In this document: positions 50,797-61,524 of the stretch, piece by piece
Layout: each line of letters starts with the position of its first letter
Numbering within the stretch: the stretch's first letter is position 1
Source: an uncultured Chlamydiae bacterium
GTDB taxonomy: Bacteria; Chlamydiota; Chlamydiia; Chlamydiales; Parachlamydiaceae
NCBI GenBank assembly: GCA_963754655.1
Contig: CAVWGN010000001.1
Location: 2,048,001 to 2,112,000, forward strand
Length of the DNA: 64,000 bases
Direction of reading: 5' to 3'
Program-made: the position numbers and the translations under genes
The notes under the pieces: model-generated
Told to the model about the DNA's origin: nothing
The model's database searches: none
The model's input: the letters and a program-made list of their open reading frames with translations, nothing else

Positions 50797-52887
50797 ATGC
50801 AACGCGACATCCTTTCTGTCAACATCAATGGACAGGAAATTATTTTTGAAACAGGTAAAATTGCTCGTCAAGCTGGCGGAGCGGTTATCGTTCGCTGTGG
50901 GGAAACCATTGTGTTTTCGACGGCCTGCGCAGCCCCCAATCCAGATCCTAAAGCAGATTTTTTGCCTTTACGCATCGATTATCAGGAAAAATTTTCCTCT
51001 GCTGGCAAAACGGTCAGCGGTTTTATTAAAAGAGAAGGGCGCCCTGCTGAGCGCGAAATCCTTGTTTCACGTCTGATTGACCGTCCTCTCCGCCCTTTAT
51101 TTGAAAAAGGATACTATAACGAAGTTCAAGTCCTTTCTTATGTGTGGTCTTATGATGGCGTCCACTCGCCTGATCCTTTAGCTATTTGCAGCGCTTCGGC
51201 AGCTTTGGTCATTTCCGATATCCCTTTGAGCAAACCTGTGGGAGCCGTCAGAGTAGGCTATTTGAATGGACAATTTATCGTCAATCCCACAATCGAACAG
51301 CAACGCCAATCCAAGCTTGATTTGATGCTGGCTGGAACAGAAGATGCCGTTTTGATGATTGAAGGATTTTGCGATTTCTTGACAGAAGAGCAGGTGTTGG
51401 AGGCTATCGCCGTAGGCCATCAGAGTATTAAGATCATTTGTCAAGCTTTAATTCAATGGCAAGCACGCGTCGGAAAGCCTAAAAATCATGACAATTTGCG
51501 TCTTATTCCAAAGGAACTCTATCAAGAAGTGGAATCAATTGCCAATCCACTTTTAGAAAAAGCGCTGCGCATTAGCGAGAAGAAAAAGCGGGAATCGGAA
51601 TTGAGCACTGTCAATCAAACAGTCAATGAAGCCCTTTTTCCAAAGAATGCTGAACCGAAATATTCCGCACAAGATGTCAATTACGTCATTAAGGATGTTT
51701 CCTCTAAAATGATGCGTCGCATGATTTTAAATGAAAATCTACGCTCGGATGGACGTCAATCTACTGAGATTCGCCCTATTGACATTGAGCAAGGTATGCT
51801 TCCCCGCGCCCATGGAAGTTCTCTATTTACAAGAGGAGAGACGCAAGCCTTAGCAGTTTGTACACTGGGTGGTGAAGGAATGGCACAACGTTACGAAAAT
51901 TTAGAAGAAGAAGGCAGCCAACGTTTTTATCTTCAGTATTTTTTTCCTCCTTTTTCTGTTGGCGAAGTGGGTCGTATAGGTGCGCCAGGCAGAAGGGAAA
52001 TCGGACATGGAAAGTTAGCCGAGCGCGGACTACTGGCTTTACTTCCAACTAAAGAACAATTTCCTTATACGATTCGAGTCGAATCTAATATCACTGAATC
52101 CAATGGATCTTCCTCCATGGCAACTGTTTGCGGCGCCTGCTTAGCTCTCATGGATGCTGGAGTCCCCATCAAGCGTCCCATTGCGGGAATTGCCATGGGA
52201 CTCATTCTCGAAGACGAACGCTTCATGATTTTGTCAGACATTTTGGGAATTGAAGATGCTTTAGGCGATATGGACTTCAAAATAACTGGAGACCAAGAAG
52301 GCATTACCGCTTTCCAAATGGATATTAAAGTAGAGGGAATCACTTTTGAGATCATGCGCGCTGCCTTGCAACAAGCAAAAGCAGGACGCATTCACATTCT
52401 CAACAAGATGCTGGAAGTCAGTCCGACCTATAAAAAGCAAATGTCGCGTTATGCTCCACGCATTGAAACAATTCAAATTAAGCCCAGCAAAATTGCCACG
52501 GTCATTGGCCCAGGCGGCAAGCAAATTCGTGCCATTATTGAACAAACCGGTGTTCAAATTGACATTAACGATGATGGCTTAGTCAGTATTGCAGCTGCCG
52601 ACCTCGAAAGCATTGAAAAAGCGAAAGTCATCATTCAGGGTTTAACAGCTGAAGTTGAAATTGGCAGAATTTATGCAGGAAAAGCCACTTCCATTGCTCC
52701 TTTTGGAGTATTTGTCGAAATTCTTCCTGGTAAAGAAGGGCTTTGCCACATTTCTGAATTCGATACAAGCCGCATTGCCGATTTAGCTGATTTTGTCAAA
52801 GTAGGTGATAAATTGAGCGTGAAGGTCTTAGACATTAACGAAAGAGGACAAATCAAGTTGAGTCGTAAAGCGACTTTAACAGGATAA
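50797..52887 (+). CDS. pnp: Polyribonucleotide nucleotidyltransferase
   Basis: Two RNase PH domains (FTRGETQ, RREIGHG, ESNGSSSMA, GDMDFK), KH and S1 domains. Confidence 0.98.
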   Translation: MQRDILSVNINGQEIIFETGKIARQAGGAVIVRCGETIVFSTACAAPNPDPKADFLPLRIDYQEKFSSAGKTVSGFIKREGRPAEREILVSRLIDRPLRPLFEKGYYNEVQVLSYVWSYDGVHSPDPLAICSASAALVISDIPLSKPVGAVRVGYLNGQFIVNPTIEQQRQSKLDLMLAGTEDAVLMIEGFCDFLTEEQVLEAIAVGHQSIKIICQALIQWQARVGKPKNHDNLRLIPKELYQEVESIANPLLEKALRISEKKKRESELSTVNQTVNEALFPKNAEPKYSAQDVNYVIKDVSSKMMRRMILNENLRSDGRQSTEIRPIDIEQGMLPRAHGSSLFTRGETQALAVCTLGGEGMAQRYENLEEEGSQRFYLQYFFPPFSVGEVGRIGAPGRREIGHGKLAERGLLALLPTKEQFPYTIRVESNITESNGSSSMATVCGACLALMDAGVPIKRPIAGIAMGLILEDERFMILSDILGIEDALGDMDFKITGDQEGITAFQMDIKVEGITFEIMRAALQQAKAGRIHILNKMLEVSPTYKKQMSRYAPRIETIQIKPSKIATVIGPGGKQIRAIIEQTGVQIDINDDGLVSIAAADLESIEKAKVIIQGLTAEVEIGRIYAGKATSIAPFGVFVEILPGKEGLCHISEFDTSRIADLADFVKVGDKLSVKVLDINERGQIKLSRKATLTG

Positions 52888-52896
52888 CAAGAAAAA

Positions 52897-52936
52897 CAAA
52901 CTCAGCCGTATTGCATTCAATAGGGCTGAGTTTTTG
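52897..52936. terminator. Bidirectional terminator after pnp
   Basis: AAACTCAGCC...GGCTGAGTTTTT stem with A and T tracts between convergent genes. Confidence 0.7.
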
Positions 52937-52946
52937 CCTCTTTTTT

Positions 52947-53522
52947 TTATCTTTCTGCAAACCTTTTCAATGGATTGGATTGGACATGTTTAGCTTTGCT
53001 ATGAATCTGTTCCATGACTCTTTCTACTTCTCGTTCAATACCCCAATATTGCTCCGCCACCATTTCAACAGGCGCTCTGCTAGGCAATTTAGCAGGCAAT
53101 CTTCTTAATAAGTATTGTTCAGTCTGATTAATCAAACCTAATTGGTGTTGAAGGCCAGGCATAGCGCGAGCAGAAGCAGCGGCGCGCTTAATACGCTCCT
53201 TGGCCATTTTCCGAATAATTTGACTACTGAAAATATTCAACATCGTTGTCTCATATAGCAGCCAAACCACTAATTGATAATCATTTTTGATAGCCGGCTG
53301 GTCATGAATCACACTCGCCATTTTATTGATTTGTTTATTCACATCGATATTCATTTCATTCGCTTTTTGAATCCATTGGCGAAATGTGAGCGTTAGATCC
53401 TGTTGTTTCCACACTAAATCAGCAAAAGCTTCTTTTTGCAGATTTTGTTTAGAATGAGAAACATCTTGAGAGCTTGAAATCACTGGAATAGCACTAGATC
53501 CGAGGGAGGATTGAACAAACAT
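52947..53522 (-). CDS. Hypothetical protein, Ser-rich N-terminus
   Basis: Start set to ATG 53522 behind GGAGG; no recognised domain. Confidence 0.6.
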   Translation of the reverse strand: MFVQSSLGSSAIPVISSSQDVSHSKQNLQKEAFADLVWKQQDLTLTFRQWIQKANEMNIDVNKQINKMASVIHDQPAIKNDYQLVVWLLYETTMLNIFSSQIIRKMAKERIKRAAASARAMPGLQHQLGLINQTEQYLLRRLPAKLPSRAPVEMVAEQYWGIEREVERVMEQIHSKAKHVQSNPLKRFAER

Positions 53523-53730
53523 AAAGCCTCCTAAGTAGGGATGAAAAAGCAACCTCAACTTTACAAAAATCGGTTCTTAAACAAAAAAACCTTTTATAAA
53601 GTTGCGTTGCATTAATCTACACATAGCTCAAAGTTTCTTTTATGAAAATAAGCTCAGCAAAAAAATAAACAATTAATTTCTTGACTTCTTTAAAAAAAAA
53701 GCAAATTTGATTTTGATGAATAAAGACAAT

Positions 53731-53757
53731 CAAAAAAAATGGCTCTTAGGAGCCATT
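53731..53757 (-). terminator. Intrinsic terminator after ftsH
   Basis: Minus strand AATGGCTCCTAAGAGCCATT followed by a T tract. Confidence 0.7.
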
Positions 53758-53801
53758 CATTTTTCTATTCATCGCACCTGCAGTGCGATGAATAGGTGAC
53801 G

Positions 53802-56567
53802 TTAGGAAGAAAGTCCGAGAGAGCTAGATAAAGGACCTTGAGTCGATAATCCAACCTCTTTAGGAGGAGGGGGAGGCGGCGTTCCGGGCGGCTCTTTTTT
53901 ATAAAGATCGGCTGCACGTTTGAGTCTGTCTTTTTTGCGATTAATGTCCCAATTTTTCTTAATGACAATTTCTTGCACATCTTCGCTATCCAAAGTTTCA
54001 AATTCCATGAGCATTTGAGTCATGAGTTCGACTTGAATGCGATATTCAAGAATAATTGCACGTGCTGTTTCATGGGCGTCATCCAAAATTTTTCGTACTT
54101 CGACATCAATAGCTTTAGCCGTTTCATCCGAATAAGGTTTTTCATGATATTCTCCAAAGCTATATCCACCATAGCCCCCATTGTCAGATCGCTCATCGTA
54201 TGCAACAGCACCGAGCTTATCGCTCATCCCCCACTTACAAACCATATTACGAGCTAACTGCGTTGCACGTTCAATGTCTTGTTGAGCTCCACTTGAGACA
54301 TCTTGAACAAAAATCTCTTCAGCAACTCGTCCACCCATCAAGACGGCTAATTGATCATGCAGTTCGTGCTTCCAATAGCTCACGCGATTCTTTTTAGGCA
54401 AAAACATGGTTGCACCAAGTGAAATTCCTCGCGGAATAATGGTGACTTTGTCAATAGGATCCCCACTCTTGACGACAAGACCCACCACAGCATGACCGGA
54501 CTCATGATAAGCGGTTGTTCGCTTTTCATTTTCATCCATTTCCAAGCTGCGTCGCTCTTTTCCATAAAGCACTTTATCGCGTGCTTCAATTGTTTCTTGA
54601 GCTGTTACTGCACTTCTTCCCTTACGGGCTGCCAATAAAGCCGCCTCATTGAGAATATTGGCTAAATCAGCGCCTGATGAACCTGGCGTACTGCGAGCAA
54701 TTGTCATTAAATCAACAGAAGGATCCATTTTAATTTTTCTAGCATGGACTTTAAGAATATCGTAGCGCCCCTTGATATCAGGAAGGCCAATCACGACACG
54801 GCGATCAAAACGTCCAGGCCGCAATAAGGCTTTATCCAAAACATCCGGACGATTAGTGGCAGCCATCAAGATGACTCCCTCATTAGTATCAAATCCATCC
54901 ATTTCAACAAGAAGCTGATTGAGAGTTTGTTCGCGTTCATCATGTCCGCCTCCAATTCCTACACCGCGATGACGACCGACTGCATCGATTTCATCCATAA
55001 AGATAATGCAAGGTGCTGCCTTTTTGGCTTGATCGAATAAGTCGCGAATACGGCTTGCTCCGACACCAACAAACATTTCAACAAAATCTGAACCTGAAAT
55101 AGAGAAGAAAGGACGATCTGCTTCTCCTGCCACTGCTTTTGCAATGAGCGTTTTTCCTGTTCCTGGAGGTCCAATGCAAAGAACACCTTTGGGAATGCGA
55201 CCACCTAGAGTCGTGAATTTTTGAGGACTTTTTAAGAACTCCACAATCTCTTGTAACTCTTCTAAAGCCTCATCCACGCCAGCCACATCCTTGAACGTGA
55301 CTTTATTATCACCTTTATTGAGTAAACGAGCTGGCGACTTGCCAAAATTCATTGCTGTATTGCCCATCCCCTTCATCTGCCGTGCAAAAATGAGATAAAG
55401 AACAAGGATGACGAGCAAGACAGGTATCATCGTGAAAAGGTAGCTAAAATAGTTTGGCGACGTCTCTTCGCTCTTAAATGTCTTTTCTAAAACCTTATTG
55501 AGAGGTTGACCAGGAGCTCTAAAAATCCCGCCTCGGTTGTGATTAAAATTCGTCCACTCCTCTTTTGCTTTGGCAAACCACTGACCATAAACCTCAGGAT
55601 CTTGTTTTTCCAGGGCCCGCGTGGTCAGTTCTTGGTTGTTGAAATACCAAATGACATTGGCAACGGATTGACGGGCTTTATCCAACTGAATTTGATTGTC
55701 TTCAAGACGCGAATGAATTTGGCTATATTCATCTAATGTTTCTTTATAGCTACGAACACTGCGCAATTTACCTAAGCGTACGTGATCCTCTTCCTGATTC
55801 ACCTCTTCGACAACACCCTGAAGGGCATCTAATGCTTTGCCATAAGTGGATAAACGCTGACCTGAGGACACTTGTTGTACGTTGGCCTCTGAAACATCTT
55901 TATCGATAGTTTTTAAATTTTGTTTAATTGTTTCAGAGCCAATTCCTAATGCTGGAGAACGAAAATTCCTCAATAACTCACTTATTCCATTGCCTAAATT
56001 TTTCAAAGCGGTAGGGGAAGGCTCAAGCTGAGCTTGCGTATATTCACGTTGGAGATCAGTTAAACTCTCATGATTGCTTTTTGGAAGAGTTTTGATCACC
56101 ACACTGTTATCTTCATCTAGAGTATTGTAAAAATCATCGACAACAACATAGCCCCCTTTAGACAATTGAATGCCACTGAGCTGTAAAAAGAGCATAGCTG
56201 AATCATAAATTTTTGATTTAAGATTTTTCAATTCAGTCTTGACACGTGTCTGATCTGACTTAAGCTCATGATTCGTATTGAGAAGTTCGAGGTACTTATA
56301 ACGCGTTTTCCCTTCTTCAATGAGTCGATCTTTAAATTTTCCACTAAATGTCACTAAATTGTCATTTAAAGCAATTTTGTGGCTTTCCTCTGGCTGCAGA
56401 AGCTGCAAGTTGACAAGATGTTCCAATTGGTAACTAAATGAAACCTTGGCAAATTTTGTGTCGATAAAGTTTTGCACCATAAGGGCAAACAAAAAAGCGG
56501 CCATTAGGAACCAAACAAAGCTGTTTGACATTCCCTTCTTAAAGTCTTGTTTATTGTCGTCTGGCAT
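53802..56567 (-). CDS. ftsH: ATP-dependent zinc metalloprotease FtsH with large periplasmic domain
   Basis: [31 protein letters not shown]. Confidence 0.97.
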   Translation of the reverse strand: MPDDNKQDFKKGMSNSFVWFLMAAFLFALMVQNFIDTKFAKVSFSYQLEHLVNLQLLQPEESHKIALNDNLVTFSGKFKDRLIEEGKTRYKYLELLNTNHELKSDQTRVKTELKNLKSKIYDSAMLFLQLSGIQLSKGGYVVVDDFYNTLDEDNSVVIKTLPKSNHESLTDLQREYTQAQLEPSPTALKNLGNGISELLRNFRSPALGIGSETIKQNLKTIDKDVSEANVQQVSSGQRLSTYGKALDALQGVVEEVNQEEDHVRLGKLRSVRSYKETLDEYSQIHSRLEDNQIQLDKARQSVANVIWYFNNQELTTRALEKQDPEVYGQWFAKAKEEWTNFNHNRGGIFRAPGQPLNKVLEKTFKSEETSPNYFSYLFTMIPVLLVILVLYLIFARQMKGMGNTAMNFGKSPARLLNKGDNKVTFKDVAGVDEALEELQEIVEFLKSPQKFTTLGGRIPKGVLCIGPPGTGKTLIAKAVAGEADRPFFSISGSDFVEMFVGVGASRIRDLFDQAKKAAPCIIFMDEIDAVGRHRGVGIGGGHDEREQTLNQLLVEMDGFDTNEGVILMAATNRPDVLDKALLRPGRFDRRVVIGLPDIKGRYDILKVHARKIKMDPSVDLMTIARSTPGSSGADLANILNEAALLAARKGRSAVTAQETIEARDKVLYGKERRSLEMDENEKRTTAYHESGHAVVGLVVKSGDPIDKVTIIPRGISLGATMFLPKKNRVSYWKHELHDQLAVLMGGRVAEEIFVQDVSSGAQQDIERATQLARNMVCKWGMSDKLGAVAYDERSDNGGYGGYSFGEYHEKPYSDETAKAIDVEVRKILDDAHETARAIILEYRIQVELMTQMLMEFETLDSEDVQEIVIKKNWDINRKKDRLKRAADLYKKEPPGTPPPPPPKEVGLSTQGPLSSSLGLSS

Positions 56568-56896
56568 ATATTCCTAAAATTCGATTTAACAAATTTCTCT
56601 ATCCATTAAATATAAGACCATAGAGAAAGAAAGTCTCTTGTACTCTGTCAAATTAGTTTTTTGCCTATGAGACTGAATACTAGCGGAGAAAATAATCTCA
56701 AAGTTAGTCCATTAAAATAGTGGAATAGGTTCAATATTGATTGATTGATTCTATCACACAGAATATTCATTTTCAACTATTACTCCGCTTCATTCTTAAA
56801 TTTGAGCTTAAAATGATTGATAAGGTATAAAATCTTTAATTTAGCAAACTTTACATTCTTAGTAAAATATATTTTGATTTTTTTTAAATTTTTCCT

Positions 56897-58228
56897 TCAA
56901 AAATAAGTCAGCTCAATTTTCCAACATGGACTCCCTTCAGTCCAAGCAATTAAAGGCCTACCTGTCAAGAATTCATGATAAATTTTGTTTTCCTCTCTAA
57001 CCAAAGGAAAATGCTCATAGAGAAAAGCGGGCACTTTGGCTTGGCTCCAACGTTTTTTTATTCCAGCATTCAAAGCAGATGGATAGGAGAAATCGATGAA
57101 ATAATTTCCAATAGGTAAGTAAGCCGTTATCCTTCCTGTCCATCCTTCTTTCCAAGAAGTTGCACAACAGCTAGAATCATAAATATCTTGAGAGACATTG
57201 ATCTTCCAAGGGCCTAGTAACTCCCGACCTAAATCAATTTTCAAAGAATGTTTCTCTTTAACCTTAGAGGACAAATGAGTCATAAAAATGCGTTGCCGAT
57301 CAATCCAAACTTGATTGGATCCCATTGCAAACAATTGATTAGCTGTACCGGATTGTAAAGCTTCTGCTGCTTGCTCAATGATGGGACGTGAAAGGAACAA
57401 GCCTTGCTTTTGGCATAAAAGGCGGATCAGATATTTTACCTCCAACCGACTAGCAGGCATCAAATTTTGTAAATCGAGGCACATTCCCCAAGGACCTTGA
57501 ATGATACCTTCAAAAAGGTAAGAGAGCCTTGCTTCGAAGTAAGTGACTAATTCTTGCGCTTCTTTTCCCACTTCAATGAGACTTTTTTGTACCTGCTTGC
57601 CAAATTCTCGATTCAAACGGGGAAAGATTGTCTCACGCAAACGAGCGCGCAAAAATTGAACATTTTGATTGGTCGGATCTTCAAAAGCCTGGACACCTGC
57701 TTGGGTTAAGCTCTCTTGAATTTCCTTTTTAGCGACGCCTAGCAAGGGACGTAAAATACGTGTCTCTTCTATCAAGGTTTCTGCCTTGAGGCCTATCCAA
57801 CGAGACCAATGAGCACCTTCTAATAGGCGCTTGAAAATTGTTTCGGCTTGATCGTCTTGATGATGACCCGTCAAAACAGCTTGAAAAGAGAATTGTTGAC
57901 AAAGGAGAGCAAAAAAAGCATAACGTTCGTGCCGACATGCTTCTTCCAGATTACCTTTAAGATAAGTAGGATCTAAAATTTTTAAATGAAAAGAAACTTG
58001 ATGCTGCAAAGCGAGTTGCTGCAAAATTTGAGCCTCTAAATCACTCTCCGGTCTCCACCTATGATTGACATGTGCAACGTGAAATGGCGTTCCATGACGT
58101 TCTCGAAAGGCAAGAAGAGCATAAAATAAACATAATGAATCAGGCCCTCCTGATAAAGCTAATAAAAATGGAGAAGAGGTCGGGCAAAGTGTTAACAAAA
58201 AGGCTTCGACACGCTTAAAAATTGTCAT
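56897..58228 (-). CDS. tilS: tRNA(Ile)-lysidine synthetase
   Basis: LALSGGPDS PP-loop, GHHQDDQAET, RPLL; upstream of ftsH. Confidence 0.95.
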   Translation of the reverse strand: MTIFKRVEAFLLTLCPTSSPFLLALSGGPDSLCLFYALLAFRERHGTPFHVAHVNHRWRPESDLEAQILQQLALQHQVSFHLKILDPTYLKGNLEEACRHERYAFFALLCQQFSFQAVLTGHHQDDQAETIFKRLLEGAHWSRWIGLKAETLIEETRILRPLLGVAKKEIQESLTQAGVQAFEDPTNQNVQFLRARLRETIFPRLNREFGKQVQKSLIEVGKEAQELVTYFEARLSYLFEGIIQGPWGMCLDLQNLMPASRLEVKYLIRLLCQKQGLFLSRPIIEQAAEALQSGTANQLFAMGSNQVWIDRQRIFMTHLSSKVKEKHSLKIDLGRELLGPWKINVSQDIYDSSCCATSWKEGWTGRITAYLPIGNYFIDFSYPSALNAGIKKRWSQAKVPAFLYEHFPLVREENKIYHEFLTGRPLIAWTEGSPCWKIELTYF

Positions 58229-58230
58229 GA

Positions 58231-58626
58231 TTAAAAATTATAATAAAACTGATAAAATGTGTATAAAATGACAAATAATAATACCAAAAACCATAGGAGA
58301 AATTGATAAGGAAAAGGATCTTGCTGCAATGTCAATATTGCTTGAGTTGGCCGATTCACCTCACTTTCTAATTTTTTGCCTTTTTCTGGATCATGAAGAG
58401 CTTTTGGCTCTGGCTCATCTTTGAAAATGTCTTGCATTTCGGGCACAAAGCGAGCTTTTACCCATTCTTGGAAACCTTTTTTCCAAACAAGACTATCGGG
58501 ATTAAATTGCGGATTGCGTTTAAGTTCTGCTAAACTATAGGGACCTACTTGCTGATGCTCAACAATGATAAACCATTCCTGAACATTTTCCCTACCGATG
58601 TTTTTTTCCGTTTTGGATTGAGACAT
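58231..58626 (-). CDS. GYF_2 (DUF4339)-like domain membrane protein
   Basis: WFI...QVGPYSLAEL...LVWKKGFQEW pattern; C-terminal TM helix. Confidence 0.8.
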   Translation of the reverse strand: MSQSKTEKNIGRENVQEWFIIVEHQQVGPYSLAELKRNPQFNPDSLVWKKGFQEWVKARFVPEMQDIFKDEPEPKALHDPEKGKKLESEVNRPTQAILTLQQDPFPYQFLLWFLVLLFVILYTFYQFYYNF

Positions 58627-58769
58627 GCATGTATCCTGGTAGAAAGGTCATCTATCATTTTTCATTTAAAAAATTAATGTTGATTGTATCAAATTCAACC
58701 ATTATTTACTCTATATTATCCTACATTAAAGATTTTAATTTATCACTTCTCTTTTTAGATGCAGGTCAT

Positions 58770-59918
58770 ATGCCAATCTTATGGCGCTATCTCATGAACT
58801 ATTTTCTTAAAATTGTCATGGCCTGTGTGGTGGCTTTTGTAGCTATTTTGCTTACCATGCGTCTTGATGAAATTGCGCATTTTGCTACACTAGGAGCTCC
58901 CTTAACCTATCTTTTAATCTTTACGCTTCATCAGATTCCTTATATCCTGCCTATCGCTCTTCCCCTTTCCTGCTTAATAGCCTCAATGCTTCTTATTCAG
59001 CGTTTGTCGAATGCGCAGGAACTCACAGCATTGAGAGCGAGCGGATTTTCCCTTTTCAATATTTTGGCCCCTATTTGGATAACCGCTGCTTTCTTATCAG
59101 TTGGAAATTTTTTAATCACATCAGAAATTGCGACGCAATCTCATTTTCAAACCAACCTCTTGAAGAGCGAGCTTCGATCCATTAATCCTCTTTTGCTTCT
59201 TCATAATAAACACTTAATGCGTTTAAAGGGGTTTTACTTTGAAGCGTTAGGAGCTTCTCGCGTAGGTGAATCGGGCTCGGATGTCGTCTTAGCTCTTCCT
59301 AATCGGCATCATCAGAGACTGAATTTAATGATTGCACAACATTTGAAAGCAACTCCAACGCTTTTTATTGGAAATGGAGTCACGCTGGTGACAAGCTTGG
59401 CTAGCGAACAAGAAGAGGATTTTGATCAATTATTAATTGAGAATATGAAGCAATCTCTGACTGAAGTGAAAGATTTTTCTAATTTTTTACAAAAAAAAGT
59501 GTGGGTCATTAATAATGATTATCTCCAAATCCCTCTGCTGCTGGCTCGTATTCAAGAACAGCGTCAACTTTTACAACAGGCTGAGTTCAAAGAAGAAAAT
59601 AAAAGCGAAATCAAGTCCTTAAAAACCCAACTTAATCGCAGTTTATCGGAAATCACGAAGCGTTTTTCTATCGCTATTGCCGTTTTTAGTTTTACTTTAA
59701 TGGGAACAGCTTTTGGCATTAATATTAGTCGCAAGCGGCATTATTATTCCCTTTATTTAGCCATTGCTCTGACGACTGTTTATTTGATTGCATTTTTTGT
59801 CGCCCGAGGGATAGACCATCAATGGTGGCTTGCCGCCGCTCTCTATCTCACTCCGCACCTCTTTATCATGTGTGCTTCCATTATCGTTCTAGGACGTATT
59901 GCAAAAGGAATTGAATGA
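58770..59918 (+). CDS. lptF: LptF/LptG family permease (LptF-like)
   Basis: ILWRYL, LPIALP, ELTALRASGFS; 3+3 TM topology; start set to ATG 58770. Confidence 0.85.
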   Translation: MPILWRYLMNYFLKIVMACVVAFVAILLTMRLDEIAHFATLGAPLTYLLIFTLHQIPYILPIALPLSCLIASMLLIQRLSNAQELTALRASGFSLFNILAPIWITAAFLSVGNFLITSEIATQSHFQTNLLKSELRSINPLLLLHNKHLMRLKGFYFEALGASRVGESGSDVVLALPNRHHQRLNLMIAQHLKATPTLFIGNGVTLVTSLASEQEEDFDQLLIENMKQSLTEVKDFSNFLQKKVWVINNDYLQIPLLLARIQEQRQLLQQAEFKEENKSEIKSLKTQLNRSLSEITKRFSIAIAVFSFTLMGTAFGINISRKRHYYSLYLAIALTTVYLIAFFVARGIDHQWWLAAALYLTPHLFIMCASIIVLGRIAKGIE

Positions 59919-61006
59919 TGTTTATGACGATCTGGGAGCGTTATTTTTTGCGGCAATTTATTCGCATGTTTTTCCTTTTTCTTTTTGGTTTCTACGGCCT
60001 TTATGTGTTAATTGACTATGCTAGCCACACAAGCACTTTTGCCCACCACCACATTCAAATCCAATGGCAAGAAATGGCGCGTTATTATTTCTTTGTTTTT
60101 GCCAGCCGAGCAGAAATTTTGCTGCCGCTAGCCTTATTGATTGCATTTGTTCATACTTGTTGTACGCTTAATTCCCATCAAGAACTGGTGGCTTTTATGG
60201 CAAGCGGATTTTCGCTTAAAGTCTTGATGAGGCCCTTTATGATACTAGGATTGCTATGCGTATTGCTCATGTATGCAAATGAACAATTGATCTTACCCAA
60301 AGCCCTTCAAAAATTAAGGCATATGGAAGATGCCACTAAACATAAGAAAAACCGCAATACCTCTTTACTGACTGCTCATCATCTCATTTTAGAAGATCGT
60401 TCTTTATTGATTTTTCAAGATTATGATACAACCACAGAACGCTTTTTTGATGTCTATTGGATTCAATCCATTGATAGCATTTATCGCATTAAATATCTTT
60501 CCCCTGTTATCCCAAATCCCATTGGGTATTTTGTCGATCACATGGTGCGGCAAAAAAACGGGGAACTTTTGCAAGCCGCTGCCTATCCAGAATTAAGTTT
60601 TCCTAACATGGAATTTAATTCAGATCTTCTTCAATCTACCATTATGGATCCTGATATTTTTTCTTTATCAGAGCTCGCTGCTCAAGGGCTTGAAGTCTCA
60701 TCCAATTTAAGTGAGAAAGAGAGCAAAATCCTCACAGCGTTTTATTGGAAGCTCATGATGCCTTGGCTCTGCTTATTAGCCATTATTGCTCCTGCTCCAT
60801 TTTGTGTCAGATTCTCTAGGCAGCCTCCCCTTTTCCTTATTTACGTATGCAGTTTATTCGGATTAATTGCCTTTTATATGTTCATGGATGCCGCTCAAGT
60901 AGTGGCTAAACGACAAGTCATTCCTTCCCTTTGGGCGATTTGCGGCCCCTTTTTGATAACATTTGCCTATTTTGGCTGGCGTTTTAAAAGAATGAAATCT
61001 GCTTAA
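59915..61006 (+). CDS. lptG: LptF/LptG family permease (LptG-like)
   Basis: IWERYFL, ELVAFMASGFS; overlaps upstream paralog (ATGA). Confidence 0.85.
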   Translation: MMFMTIWERYFLRQFIRMFFLFLFGFYGLYVLIDYASHTSTFAHHHIQIQWQEMARYYFFVFASRAEILLPLALLIAFVHTCCTLNSHQELVAFMASGFSLKVLMRPFMILGLLCVLLMYANEQLILPKALQKLRHMEDATKHKKNRNTSLLTAHHLILEDRSLLIFQDYDTTTERFFDVYWIQSIDSIYRIKYLSPVIPNPIGYFVDHMVRQKNGELLQAAAYPELSFPNMEFNSDLLQSTIMDPDIFSLSELAAQGLEVSSNLSEKESKILTAFYWKLMMPWLCLLAIIAPAPFCVRFSRQPPLFLIYVCSLFGLIAFYMFMDAAQVVAKRQVIPSLWAICGPFLITFAYFGWRFKRMKSA

Positions 61007-61089
61007 TTTTTTAACTAATAAAAGCTGTCAATAGCCAAATGATTCATACCTGAAAAGCTTTAGCAACTCAAAATCAATCAAGTATTCCA

Positions 61090-61427
61090 GCGCCATTTAG
61101 GGTGATTAAATCTGGGAGTTTATATTTTTTAGCAGATCGATACGAAATGGTAGGGCGGCGGTAGCCGCTTTCAGTGGGAAGCCCCGTATGAAGCGAGCTT
61201 GCGAGTGGAATGCGGGATGAGCATCAATAAAATATAAACCGCGGAAGCGGTGTGAGTGATCTTACGCTGCTTCCGCAGCTCAATGCTATCTTGCCTACAC
61301 CCCGCATTCCACTCGCAAGCTCGCTTCATACGGGGCTTCCCACTGAAAGCGGCTACCGCCGCCCTACCATTTCGTATCGATCTGCTAAAAATATAAACTC
61401 CCAGAGTTAATTACACCCGCGCCATTT
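61090..61427. mobile_element. Palindromic element family D with 8-9 bp target duplication
   Basis: GCGCCATTT at 61090-61098 and 61419-61427 flank GGGTG...CACCC; ~115 bp near-perfect inverted arms containing REP-like hairpins. Confidence 0.88.
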
Positions 61428-61524
61428 TGCTACATCAGATTTAGGTAGACAAAATATAAAAATTACTTTAATTAAGACAACCAATGATTTGAATTCCTTA
61501 ATTTATAAGAGAGAGGACTAATTT

